Positions 18,777 through 28,745 of a stretch of 64,000 bases of DNA are shown piece after piece. The stretch lies in assembly GCA_965205485.1 (NCBI GenBank), contig OZ242180.1:4928001-4992000 (forward strand), read 5' to 3'. The notes under the pieces are model-generated. The model was not told the origin of the DNA, did not search any database, and saw nothing but the letters and a program-made list of their open reading frames with translations. A program made the position numbers and the translations under genes. Every line of letters starts with the position of its first letter. Positions within the stretch are counted from its first letter, which is position 1. This DNA comes from Candidatus Latescibacterota bacterium. GTDB lineage: Bacteria > Latescibacterota > UBA2968 > GCA-2709665.

Positions 18777-21107
18777 CTAACCCTGCATGAGCTTCCAGAG
18801 TTTTTCGGGACGCAGCGGCATGTCGACATGCCGCACGCCGAACGGCTTGAGCGCGTCCACCACCGCGTTGACGATGGACGGCGTGGAGCCGATGGTACCC
18901 GCCTCGCCCACGCCCTTGACGCCCATGGGGTTCACCGGTGAAGGTGTGACCGTGTTGTCGAGTTCGAAGCGCGGGAAATTATGCGCCTTGGGCAGGGCAT
19001 AGTCCATGAACGAACCGGTGATCATCTGTCCGCTCTCGTCGTAGATGGCTTCTTCGTACAGCGCCTGGCCCAGACCCTGGGCGATACCCCCGTGGATCTG
19101 CCCCTCGACGATCATCGGGTTGATGATCTGGCCGCAGTCGTCGACGGCGATGTACCGGAGGATGTCCACTTCGCCGGTGTCCGCGTCCACCTCCACGATG
19201 GCGATATGGGTGCCGAACGGGTAGGTGAAGTTGGACGGTTCGAAGAAGTGCGTGGCAGCCATGCCCGGCTCGGTATCCGGAGGCAGATTCACGCCCCCGT
19301 GGGCGGCCATGGAAATGTCCGCCAGGGTCACGCCCTGATCGGGCGACCCCTTGACGCCGTATTTGCCGTCTTCGACCACGATGTCGTCCGGATTGCTCTC
19401 CAGCAGGTGCGCGGCGATGTTGATGGCTTTCTCCTTGACCTTTTCCATGGCCATCACCATGGCCGTACCGCCCACCGCGGTCGCGCGCGAGCCGAACGTA
19501 CCGATACCGTACTGCACGGCTTCCGTATCGCCGTGGATGATCCGCACGTCGTCGATGTCCACCCCGAGACCGTCGGCGATGAGTTGCGCAAACGTGGTCT
19601 CCTGGCCCTGGCCATGGGGCGAGACGCCGGTGAGAACCGTGACTTTGCCGGTGGGGTCCACGCGTACGGTGCCGCTCTCCCAGCCGCCCGCCGGCATGGC
19701 GGCCGAGGGGCCCATCCCGCAGATCTCCACGTACGTGGAGAAGCCGATGCCGAGGTACCGGCCCTGTTCGCGGGCTTCGGCCTGTTCCTTGCGGAAACCC
19801 TCATAGTCGATCTTCCGCAGCGCCTTGTTCAGCGCGATCTCGTAGTCGCCGCTGTCGTAGGCGACGGCCGTACCGGTCTCGAAGGGAAACTCGTCCTTGC
19901 CGATGAAGTTCCTGCGCCGGACCTCGAGGGGGTCCATATCCAGATCGTAAGCCACGCAGTCCAGCATTCGCTCGATGAGGTACGTGGCTTCCGGCCTTCC
20001 TGCGCCGCGGTACGCATCGGTGGCCATCTTGTTGGTGAAGGCGGCAACGAGCTCCATCGATACGTTCTGGAACTTGTAACAACCGCAGAGCATCAGCCCC
20101 GTGAGCGTGGGGATGGCCGGCGTAAGCAACTGGTAGTAGGCCCCCACGTCGGCCTCAACGGTGTATTTGAGGCCCAGGATGGTCCCGTCGTTCTTGACGG
20201 GAATCTCCACGTCGCCCACCTGGTCGCGCCCGTGGATCGTGTGCAGGAAATTCTCACGCCTGCTCTCGATCCACTTGACAGGCCTCTTGAGCTGGATCGC
20301 GAGGTGACCCACCAGGGCTTCCTCGGCGTACACGTTCAGCTTGCAGCCGAAACCGCCGCCTACCTCGGGCGCGATGACCTGCACGAGCTGCTCGGGCCGG
20401 CTTAGAATGACCGAGAGCTGGGTTTTGAGCAGATGCGGGATCTGGGTGGAGGACCAGATGGTGAGCTTGCCGTCTCCGGGTTGAAACTGCGCGACCACGC
20501 CCCGGGTCTCCAGCGGGTTCGGCACCAGGCGCTGATGGTCGAATCGCTGTTTGACCACGCGGTCGGCCTGGGCGAAGGCGTCGTCGATGTCGCCGCCGGC
20601 AATGGCCCACGTAAAGGCCTGGTTGCTGCCGAATTCTTCGTGCAGAATGGGCGCGCCGTCTTTCAGCGCGGCAGCCGCCGAGTTGACGGCGTCGAGCGGA
20701 TCGTAGTCCACCTCGATGAGTTCGGCCGCGTCGCTTGCGGTGTAGGCGCTGTCCGCCACGACCGCTGCAACGGGCTCCCCTACGAACCGCACTTTACCGT
20801 GGGCCAGCACCGGATGCTCGGGAACCTGGATACCCGGAAAGCCCTCGGGATCCGTGGTGGCGCACGGTATGGTGCCGATATTGCCTTTGAGATCGTCGCC
20901 GGTCACCACGGCCACCACGCCCGGGTGGTCCGCCGCGGCGGCGGTATCGATGCCGCGGATGTGCGCGTGTCCGTACGGGCTTCTGAGGACAGCCACGTGC
21001 AGCGTGCCGGGCAGTTGGATGTCGTCTACGTACTGCGCAAGGCCCTGGATCAGCCGGGGATCTTCCCTGCGTTTGATTCTGGCGCCTACTGATTTACCGA
21101 CAGGCAT
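18777..21107 (-). CDS. coxL: Xanthine dehydrogenase family molybdopterin subunit (form II CoxL-like)
   Basis: VGGGFGCK, AYRGAGRPEA, HGQGQET and KGVGEAG motifs. Confidence 0.9.
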   Translation of the reverse strand: MPVGKSVGARIKRREDPRLIQGLAQYVDDIQLPGTLHVAVLRSPYGHAHIRGIDTAAAADHPGVVAVVTGDDLKGNIGTIPCATTDPEGFPGIQVPEHPVLAHGKVRFVGEPVAAVVADSAYTASDAAELIEVDYDPLDAVNSAAAALKDGAPILHEEFGSNQAFTWAIAGGDIDDAFAQADRVVKQRFDHQRLVPNPLETRGVVAQFQPGDGKLTIWSSTQIPHLLKTQLSVILSRPEQLVQVIAPEVGGGFGCKLNVYAEEALVGHLAIQLKRPVKWIESRRENFLHTIHGRDQVGDVEIPVKNDGTILGLKYTVEADVGAYYQLLTPAIPTLTGLMLCGCYKFQNVSMELVAAFTNKMATDAYRGAGRPEATYLIERMLDCVAYDLDMDPLEVRRRNFIGKDEFPFETGTAVAYDSGDYEIALNKALRKIDYEGFRKEQAEAREQGRYLGIGFSTYVEICGMGPSAAMPAGGWESGTVRVDPTGKVTVLTGVSPHGQGQETTFAQLIADGLGVDIDDVRIIHGDTEAVQYGIGTFGSRATAVGGTAMVMAMEKVKEKAINIAAHLLESNPDDIVVEDGKYGVKGSPDQGVTLADISMAAHGGVNLPPDTEPGMAATHFFEPSNFTYPFGTHIAIVEVDADTGEVDILRYIAVDDCGQIINPMIVEGQIHGGIAQGLGQALYEEAIYDESGQMITGSFMDYALPKAHNFPRFELDNTVTPSPVNPMGVKGVGEAGTIGSTPSIVNAVVDALKPFGVRHVDMPLRPEKLWKLMQG

Positions 21108-21120
21108 GGGAGACCTCCTT

Positions 21121-21585
21121 TCAGGACCTCATCTTTTTGGCCGCGTACTGGACGGCGTCGACAATGTGCTGGTACCCGGTGCATCGGCAGAGGTTGCCCT
21201 CGATGCCGCGCCGGATCTGCGCTTCGGTGGGCCGTGAGTTGCGTTCCAGCAACTGGTGGGCGGCGATGATCATCCCGGGCGTGCAGAAACCGCACTGCAG
21301 GCCGTGGCACTCCCAGAAGCCTTCCTGAACGGGATGCAGTTCGCCGTTCTCGGCCAGACCTTCGATGGTGGTGATTTCGGCGCCGTTCGCCTGCACCGCG
21401 AGCAGGGTACAGGATTTGACCGCCTGCCCGTCGAGCATCACGGTACAAGCGCCGCAGAGGCTGGTCTCGCAGCCCACGTGGGTGCCCGTCAGGCCGACGA
21501 CGTCGCGCAGATAATGCACAAGCAGCAGCCTGGGCTCCACGTCGTGGCTGTGGCGCTCGCCGTTAATGGTGACTTCCACGTTCAC
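21121..21585 (-). CDS. coxS: (2Fe-2S) subunit (CoxS-like)
   Basis: [19 protein letters not shown] and NLCRCTGY motifs; GTG start with AGGAGG RBS. Confidence 0.92.
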   Translation of the reverse strand: MNVEVTINGERHSHDVEPRLLLVHYLRDVVGLTGTHVGCETSLCGACTVMLDGQAVKSCTLLAVQANGAEITTIEGLAENGELHPVQEGFWECHGLQCGFCTPGMIIAAHQLLERNSRPTEAQIRRGIEGNLCRCTGYQHIVDAVQYAAKKMRS

Positions 21586-21913
21586 TGGCCACCTCCTTTT
21601 TGTGTGTTTCCCGATTTCGCGGATCCGTTGACGATTTTCCGCAAAAGACGGAGTCGATAGAATCAGGGGGGTGAAGGTACGCACAATCGATACGCCTGCG
21701 CAAGCGGATTTCGCCGGGCCGCGGAAACGGCGAATTGCAACGGTATTGCACAGGCGTGGACAGGGTCGATATGCTTGCCTTTTTCAACACGCGTCTTTAA
21801 TTTTGTACCGGTCCTCAGGGCGTGGAACCCGGCTTCGCGTTCCGGACCGTCTGAGGTCATGCGCGTGCATCTGTCGGTCCTTTCACCGGGATAAAATTTC
21901 CAAGGGACGAAAA

Positions 21914-22546
21914 ATGGATCCGAAGCTCTACTACGTGGCAGACCCGATGTGTTCGTGGTGCTGGGGCTTCAGGCCGGTGCTGAAGGAGATCATCTCGGCG
22001 CTTCCGGAGGCCGTTCCGGTTGTGTACGTGATGGGCGGGCTGGCGAAGGACTCGGACGATCCGATGCCCGAAGAAACGCGCGCGTACGTGCAGCGGAACT
22101 GGCGGGAGGTCACAACAGCGACAGGGGCGGAGTTCAACTGGGACTTCTGGCGCAGATGCAAACCGCGCCGTTCCACCTACCCCGCCTGCCGCGCCGTGCT
22201 GGCGGCGAGGGCGCAGCGTGAAGACGCCGTGGCCGAGATGTTCGACGCCATCCAGCGCGCATATTACCGGGAGGCGCGGAATCCGTCGGATATCGAGACG
22301 CTGACCGCGGTGGCCGGGTCGCTTTCACCGCCACTGGACGTGGAACGGTTCGAACGGGATATCGGGTCGCCTGAGATCGAGGCGGAATTGCAGGCGGGAT
22401 TCAACCTGCGCCGATCGATGGGCGTACGGGAATTCCCGAGCGTGGTCGTGATACGCGGCGACGCGCAGACGGACGTCGTCCGCGGCTGGGCGAACGCCGA
22501 GACGGCGATGGCGCGGATGAAAAAAGCCTTTAGAGGGTATAGGTGA
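21914..22546 (+). CDS. DsbA family protein
   Basis: YYVADPMCSWCWGF motif. Confidence 0.88.
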   Translation: MDPKLYYVADPMCSWCWGFRPVLKEIISALPEAVPVVYVMGGLAKDSDDPMPEETRAYVQRNWREVTTATGAEFNWDFWRRCKPRRSTYPACRAVLAARAQREDAVAEMFDAIQRAYYREARNPSDIETLTAVAGSLSPPLDVERFERDIGSPEIEAELQAGFNLRRSMGVREFPSVVVIRGDAQTDVVRGWANAETAMARMKKAFRGYR

Positions 22547-22675
22547 GACGGGAGCCGGTAGATGAAATCAATGCCCCATAGTATTCTCCTGATTGCCTCC
22601 GGCATAAGAAGAAACCTCACAACGTAGGCGATCTCTCCCTTCTTCCTTCTTCCTTTTTACGTCTCACGTCTCCCC
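22544..22675 (-). repeat. Dispersed repeat family A, copy 4 (inverted)
   Basis: TTGCCTCCGGCATAAGAAGAAACCTCACAACGTAGGCGATCTCTCCC matches the reverse complement of the family A core. Confidence 0.85.
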
Positions 22676-22749
22676 ACTTAGCGACTCACGCATCTATAGT
22701 CGTATCGCCACGGAGTGTTTAAGTCAATTATTACAAGGAGGTTATCTTC

Positions 22750-23253
22750 ATGGCCGAAAGTGAGCCGATCACGCAGGAGCAGATGAACGAGTTTCTGTTT
22801 ACGCAGATCGTACTGATGTTTCAGGGCGCGGCCTGGCAGCATCTGGGCAAGGTGATGAACCCCGCCACCAACAAGGTGGAAAGGGACCTCTCCCAGGCGA
22901 AGAACACCATTGACATCCTGGGCATGCTGCAGGCGAAGACGAAGGGGAACCTCAGCGACAACGAAAAAAAGTTCCTGGAGCACGCGCTGTACGAGTTGAG
23001 AATGAACTACATCGACGAAGCGAACAAGGGACCCGACGAGACGGAAGCGGCTGCCGATGAGGCCGAGGCGCCAACGGCCGAACCCGAAGCATCCGCGGAG
23101 GAGAGCGGCGAAGATGGCTCCGGGAGCACGGAAGCCGAGGCGCCGGAGCAGGATGCGTCCGCGGAGCAGAGCGCCGGCGACGCCGCTGGAGCCGAGGAAG
23201 CGGAAGCGCCGAAGGACGAGCCGGCGTCGGAAACGACGGAGGAATCGGATTGA
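22750..23253 (+). CDS. DUF1844 domain protein with acidic low-complexity tail
   Basis: LGKVMNP...AKNTIDILGMLQAKTKGNL...ELRMNY motif. Confidence 0.85.
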   Translation: MAESEPITQEQMNEFLFTQIVLMFQGAAWQHLGKVMNPATNKVERDLSQAKNTIDILGMLQAKTKGNLSDNEKKFLEHALYELRMNYIDEANKGPDETEAAADEAEAPTAEPEASAEESGEDGSGSTEAEAPEQDASAEQSAGDAAGAEEAEAPKDEPASETTEESD

Positions 23254-23747
23254 AGCGTTCCCTCCTCCCCTGCGCGGTGCTGATCATGTTCTGGCTGGCC
23301 GGATGCGCGTACTATTCGACGTCGGCGACCGGGGGATCCGGTTTCCGCTCGGTGGCCATTCCGCTGATGGAAAACGAGAGCCTGGAGCCGGAAATCCAGC
23401 AGGCGCTCACCGACAGCCTGATCCAGGCGTTCCTACAGGACGCGGCGCTGCGGGTCACGGACGAAGACCGCGCGGACATCGTGCTTCGCGGCACCGTCGT
23501 GGAGGTGAGGGACGACCCGTTCACCTACCGCGGCCAGGAGGACCAGTTCCAGATCTCGGTCTTCCTGGACGTAAGTTGCTACGACGTGAAGAACAAGAAG
23601 CTGCTGTGGGAGGAGAAGCGCCTGAAGGGATACGGCATCTACAGCGCCGCCGGCCAGCGCGAAGAAGCCCGCCTCGAGGGCCTCGGCGCGGCGTTCGAGA
23701 TCCTGACGCGGGATATCGTGGACAGGACACAGGTCGGCGGGTGGTAG
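23250..23747 (+). CDS. LptE-like lipoprotein
   Basis: Lipobox LAGC, SVAIPLMENES motif; overlaps the stop of the previous gene. Confidence 0.75.
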   Translation: MKRSLLPCAVLIMFWLAGCAYYSTSATGGSGFRSVAIPLMENESLEPEIQQALTDSLIQAFLQDAALRVTDEDRADIVLRGTVVEVRDDPFTYRGQEDQFQISVFLDVSCYDVKNKKLLWEEKRLKGYGIYSAAGQREEARLEGLGAAFEILTRDIVDRTQVGGW

Positions 23748-23928
23748 GGATAGACCATCGAGGATTGGTGCATGGGAACATGGATTAACAGGATAGGCAG
23801 GATAAAGGCGGGAAAGCAAAGAGCGGGACAAACACGAAAATCCGGCATAGCACGACTCGGGCCTCGGTGGTTGACGAGGCATAGTAGCGCGTATACAGCA
23901 CTGTGATCCTCCTTGCCCGGAGCCGCTC

Positions 23929-24062
23929 CCTGAGCCGTTGTCCTGAGCCTGCCGAAGGGTTGTCGAAGGGTCGGCGAAGGGCTGTGCAAGGGAGTCGAAC
24001 GGATGCCGGAACACGGGCACTTCGACATTTCGACAAGCTCAATGCAGGCATGCTCAGTGACC
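23929..24062. repeat. Repeat family D (CCTGAGCCTG.CGAAGG / TTCGACAAGCTCA palindromic units)
   Basis: TTCGACAAGCTCAATGC at 24029-24045 is identical to 60105-60121. Confidence 0.7.
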
Positions 24063-24421
24063 ACGTTTAGGTAGGTTCAAGGTCCGCTTTGACAAGCTTT
24101 GCCGATGCAGCGGAGGTTGAAAACCAGGGTTTGCTACCCGTAGCACAAAAGTGGCAAATCTAATGTGTAGGTTTGACTGATTTTTTCGATTTTCACGGTT
24201 CTCATCCTGTAGGTCCTGTCTATCCATATAAGTTGCCTTGCCTTTTGACTTCGAGTCCTTCCAGCTGATCCATGTTTACCGGTTCTGGTTTGCCCCGTTT
24301 TTGTGCCGTTTGTGCTTTTTGTAGTCTTCGCTTTTTTGTTGTTTCTTCTGGTTTTATCCTGCTCATCCTGTCCATCCATGTTTGATGGTGTTGACTTTGG
24401 CGATGGGAAGGGGGTCTTACG

Positions 24422-25009
24422 ATGCCGTATATCGATGTTATTCCACCAGATAGGGCCACCGGCCTGTTGAAGAAGCTGTATGACGCTGCGCTGAAGCGTG
24501 CCGGGAAGATCTGGAATATCGTCTCCGTCATGAGCCCGAATCCGCCGGCGATGAAGGCGTCGCTGGATTTCTACGGCACGTTGATGCACGGCCCCTCGCC
24601 CCTCAGCCGCGCGCGGCGGGAGATGCTCGCCGTGGTGGTCTCAGCCGCGAACCATTGCGTGTACTGAATTCGCTCGCACGCCCACGACCTCCGTGCCGAG
24701 GTCGCCGGACAGTTCGACGTCGAGGACGGCGAGGAAGCCGACCGGCTGGTGCATCAGTTGGCCGCGGACTGGCGCCAGGCCGATCTGCCGGCCGCCGACC
24801 GCGCGCTGTGCGCCTTCGCGGAGAAGCTCAGCCTGGATCCACGTGATTCAACGGCCGAAGACATCGAGGGGCTGCGCGAGCTTGGCTTCGACGACCGCGC
24901 CATCCACGACGCGGTCCAGATCATCGGCTTTTTCAACTATATCAACCGCGTGGCCGATGCGCTCGGCGTCGAACCGGAGACTTTCACGAAAGCATGGGGA
25001 GAATCCTGA
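24422..25009 (+). CDS. AhpD/carboxymuconolactone decarboxylase-like peroxidase, probable selenoprotein (Sec at TGA 24665-24667)
   Basis: ORFs 24422-24667 and 24749-25009 share a frame; read-through gives NHCVY-U-IRSHAHDL...FNYINRVADALGVEPE, a complete AhpD-like protein. Confidence 0.85.
24685..24704 (+). promoter_or_regulatory. Candidate bacterial SECIS hairpin
   Basis: CGACCTC-CGTGCC-GAGGTCG, a 7-bp stem with a GT-containing loop starting 24 nt after the in-frame TGA. Confidence 0.65.
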
Positions 25010-25215
25010 GAAGATCAGAGAAGCAAAGCATGAAACATGGATGAACAGGATAGGCAGGATAAAGGCGGAAAACCATAAAAGCGGGACGAGCGGGCAGATC
25101 AGCAAAGCGCGAAACAGCCCGCGGATGATGAAAAGCCACCGTAGTACATTATCAAAATGCCCCGCACTCACGAGGACGAATGCAGGGCCGTTTCCGGATC
25201 TGGCTATGTTTGAGA

Positions 25216-25512
25216 TTAGCCGCTGAACGCCCTGATCGCAAGCCCAGCGATGGCCAGGATCGTCGTAATCTGCAACGGTACCATCCACCTATACAGCCTG
25301 TCGACCTTCGCTTCCAACGACATGCGATTCGCGTCGATCTTGCCATCCAGAGACGTGTGGCTGTCGTCAATCTTGGCGTCCACCGCGTCTATCTTTGTTT
25401 CCATACGCTCCAAACGGACGACGATTTGTTCGACCAAGCCCTCGATACGGGCCATACGTACCACATGGTCCAGGGGACTTCGGCGTTCCTGCGTTGGGCT
25501 TGTCTCGGCCAT
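25216..25512 (-). CDS. Small coiled-coil protein with C-terminal TM helix (DUF1640/Bdr-like)
   Basis: KID heptad repeats followed by WMVPLQITTILAIAGLAI. Confidence 0.6.
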   Translation of the reverse strand: MAETSPTQERRSPLDHVVRMARIEGLVEQIVVRLERMETKIDAVDAKIDDSHTSLDGKIDANRMSLEAKVDRLYRWMVPLQITTILAIAGLAIRAFSG

Positions 25513-25612
25513 CGTCTTCTCTATTTCAACTTGCTGCAAAAAGACTGGTCGGGGATGCTGTAAGGCGCCTTCAGACTGGTAGTCATTGGGGTTTTCCATC
25601 TCAGATCATCAA

Positions 25613-26728
25613 CTATTCGTCTGGCCAGATGTCCTCCAGTACAATGCGTGACCCCCTCCGTATACCCTTCACCCTGACCTGGGAAGCCCACAGAGGGCGT
25701 ACAATGTCGTTCATCATTCCCTCCGGCACTTCAATGTCTTGTGCCCTTCCTCGTACATTGACGATCTTGATTTTGTTGCTTGCATCGCTTGTCGCGTCCG
25801 CGTACCGCAGTATCCCATTCAACTCGACCGGTTCTGCGTCGGCTTTTTGCGACGAATCAACGTCCGGTATTGGCGGAAATTCAGACGCTGGCGTAGAAAC
25901 GTCGACAAATCGTTCCGATCCATTTCTCACTGTCGTCAGACCAACCTGGCGGATACGTTCTCCGTCAGGGGCAATCTTCCTCGAAAGGCCAATGAAATTC
26001 CTGAAATACGCAGGGTCTGAAATGCGATTCCGAATATCTGAAACTCTGGATTGGCTTGCCATCTCCATTAAGTCCATGAATTCATCTAGTATGTCATTTG
26101 TGGTCAATACTCCTGGCAGGAATAGCTGTCCGGTTGGCCGGCCTAACTTCAAAGTGACGGCAAAACTGGCCGCCCTCGGTGTAGAAACGTACAGTTCGTA
26201 ATTCTCTGCTATATCCTTTTTGGGTCGCCCTCTTTCCCTGAATGGCTCTTTGCTGCGGCGTTCTACGATACGTTGAATGATCTTTGACGAGTTTTCCATG
26301 CGACCTAAAAACTCACCCTGACTTACCATACCCAGACCCACCTGCTGCCCCGAAAGACTCAACTGGATTTCGCCCTCTCCCAGTGATATTCCTCTAAGGC
26401 TAAGGTGCCGCCTGAAGTTAACCTGCTCCAACAGGTCGCGCAGCTCCTCGGCAATTTGAGGATCCGGCTCGCCAGCAAGGGCTTTGCTGGCCAGCTGTTC
26501 TGCCAGTCGCGGTTTGTTGCAGTCCAACGCCAGCCACCCCGCACTACGGTGGAGTATCGAATATGTCGGCTCGACCGGATCGGACATCTCACTTAGTGCC
26601 TTGAGTTCCAGGTCCAGGGCCCGATCAAACAAGCCCTCTGATCGCTCTTGATTTCCTCGACGTCGTTCTTGATCAGCTAAAAACGCCGCTTCCATTGCCT
26701 GGTCGTGGAATTTATCGACCTCACTCAT
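25613..26728 (-). CDS. Hypothetical protein, helical (TPR-like) N-terminus plus unknown C-terminal domain
   Basis: 371 aa ORF with lower GC; start overlaps the upstream stop (ATGAGTGA). Confidence 0.75.
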   Translation of the reverse strand: MSEVDKFHDQAMEAAFLADQERRRGNQERSEGLFDRALDLELKALSEMSDPVEPTYSILHRSAGWLALDCNKPRLAEQLASKALAGEPDPQIAEELRDLLEQVNFRRHLSLRGISLGEGEIQLSLSGQQVGLGMVSQGEFLGRMENSSKIIQRIVERRSKEPFRERGRPKKDIAENYELYVSTPRAASFAVTLKLGRPTGQLFLPGVLTTNDILDEFMDLMEMASQSRVSDIRNRISDPAYFRNFIGLSRKIAPDGERIRQVGLTTVRNGSERFVDVSTPASEFPPIPDVDSSQKADAEPVELNGILRYADATSDASNKIKIVNVRGRAQDIEVPEGMMNDIVRPLWASQVRVKGIRRGSRIVLEDIWPDE

Positions 26729-27245
26729 CTTCTCTTACCTCTGCAACTGGCGTCCCGAACTCTACGACGACGACGAATAGTTGCAACTTGGATTTTTCAG
26801 TCCGCCGAGTCTGTCGTATCTTTTGTCGTAACCTGTTTTTAATCGACCTTACGTCGCCTTTGCGAATACCCGATATTTCCAGGCCAGCTTTGTTCGTAAA
26901 CCCCTCTTCGGATTCCATCCCCATCCAATAGTCGAAACCGGTACCCTTCCGAGACTGCCTGATAATCTCGTATCCCGTTAGCTTTTTCGCGATCAATATC
27001 GCAATCCCCACGGCGCCGTATTCGGTAGCGTTCTCCGGATCGTTCCACGACATACGAGACTGCTCTGTAATGTATGGCCAGACAACTGCGTACCGACTTT
27101 CATGGTAACCTCGGACGGTAATTTGGACATGTTGCTGATGTCCTTGCGACTCCATACACACGCCGCAAGCTTCTGCCAGGGCTGTCCCGACTGCGGGCGA
27201 AATAGCAGGGATGGAGCCTTTTGCCAAGTCATTCAGATCCAGCAT
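26721..27245 (-). CDS. Hypothetical protein, possible PD-(D/E)xK-like nuclease fold
   Basis: 174 aa; ATEYGA...GTGFDYW...LEISGIRKG pattern. Confidence 0.65.
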   Translation of the reverse strand: MLDLNDLAKGSIPAISPAVGTALAEACGVCMESQGHQQHVQITVRGYHESRYAVVWPYITEQSRMSWNDPENATEYGAVGIAILIAKKLTGYEIIRQSRKGTGFDYWMGMESEEGFTNKAGLEISGIRKGDVRSIKNRLRQKIRQTRRTEKSKLQLFVVVVEFGTPVAEVREDE

Positions 27246-27997
27246 GAACCGTTTCCATTACCACGTTACCTACCAGAGATTAATGTTAGGGTCGACTTCC
27301 GTCAGTGGAACGACGGCCTTTGAGTTTCATTGAAAGATTGGCAAAAAATCAGAAATATCCTGTACTATCATAGGCAACCAGAGAAGACTCTGATAACAGC
27401 GCGTAACCGACTTCAACAGACTGTTGTGCAGGGCTGTTCATACGGTAAATTAGTCTGGAAGCGACTCGAAATGGGGGAAAACGGAAATGGAATGAGCCAC
27501 GTAAACCCGCATGTTCGACATCTGACTTTATATCTCGAAACGTGGCTGCCTATAAGCCGGCAGCAAAGATGTTTGGAATGCACGTCCAAGTCAACGATTG
27601 AAATGACCGACGATATTCGATCAGGTAACGTTCCGACTAGAGGCATTTACGACTGCGATTATCGCAAATCAGCACTGTGCAGTCTCATCTGTGAAAGGAC
27701 GAACACTACTGCACAACGTATAGGATCCGATTCGAGTGCTGCACATATGTACAGTAAATTGTGGTAAATGTCAAGATGTCGATTAATGGTCTGAAAGTGA
27801 CAGAAAGAATCTGCGAAATATGCATGCACAGGATAGGTAAGATCGATCCGGGAACCCAAGGTCCCACGAATTACCCAACAAACGTCATTGGCGCGATTCC
27901 TTGAATACGATGACGACTTGGAGGGGAGAGAGTGAGCGGGGCGTGAACGGATGGGAGTTCATGGTGAACGATGAACATTGGTATGTACAATCAGACA

Positions 27998-28288
27998 TCA
28001 TTCGTGTGCTGCGAGACGCTCGACGCGTATCTCGTCTGCGTTCTGCATGGCCTTTGCAAGATCGTACGCGGCTTGCATCCGGTACCACGTTTGGGCGCCG
28101 CCGCCGAACGCCTTGTCCAGGCGAATGGCCATCTCGGGAGAGATGCCAATCTGACCGCTGACGATATCGGACAGGTGTTTACGGCCGACACCGAGTTTGG
28201 GCGCGGCTTCAGCGACACTCAAGCCAAGCGGTTCCAGGCAATCGTAACGCACCGAAAGTCCGGGATGCGGAGGGTTTTTCATATGCAT
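27998..28288 (-). CDS. higA: HigA family antitoxin (orphan)
   Basis: MKNPPHPG...[29 protein letters not shown]. Confidence 0.9.
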   Translation of the reverse strand: MHMKNPPHPGLSVRYDCLEPLGLSVAEAAPKLGVGRKHLSDIVSGQIGISPEMAIRLDKAFGGGAQTWYRMQAAYDLAKAMQNADEIRVERLAAHE

Positions 28289-28483
28289 ACTCTTCTCCCT
28301 ATGATCATTAGCCAAATTTAACACTTCTTCGCTCCGAATCAAAGTCCCACGTACATCGTCGGCTGGCCCGGCGCATTCCAGACGCGTTGAGGCTGTTCGC
28401 GCACAACTACATCAACTCGAAGATCCCTGAAACATGGATGAACAGGATAGGCAGGATAAATGCGTTTTTGTGACTCTCGCTGT

Positions 28484-28519
28484 TTTCGTAGTTTCGTAGT
28501 TTCGTAGTTTCGTAGTTTC
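28484..28519 (+). repeat. Tandem octamer (TTTCGTAG)x4.5
   Basis: Seen directly; lies between inverted family C units at 28431-28460 and 28526-28555. Confidence 0.9.
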
Positions 28520-28745
28520 TTCTGGTTTCATCCTGTTCATCCTGTCCATCCATGTAGGCTATGGTTGGTAGCGAAAGACCATCAATAGGAGATACAAAGA
28601 ATCGACAGGACAAAACCGGGAACCCACCGCACGTATAATCATATATAATACAGGTATCGCTCGAATCGTTGGCAAGCCGGGATGCTTCTCCTTCATGCAG
28701 TTGAATCCATGTTGATTTTTCGAGTCGGGATTGCGTGAGTTGGTG

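Noticed and set aside
18777..21107. Calling the cluster a bona fide aerobic CO dehydrogenase
   Set aside because: Lacks the form I AYXCSFR motif and M-S-L gene order
27330..27860. 145-aa ORF and other short ORFs in AT-richer DNA
   Set aside because: No RBS, motif or plausible composition; probably non-coding or decayed sequence
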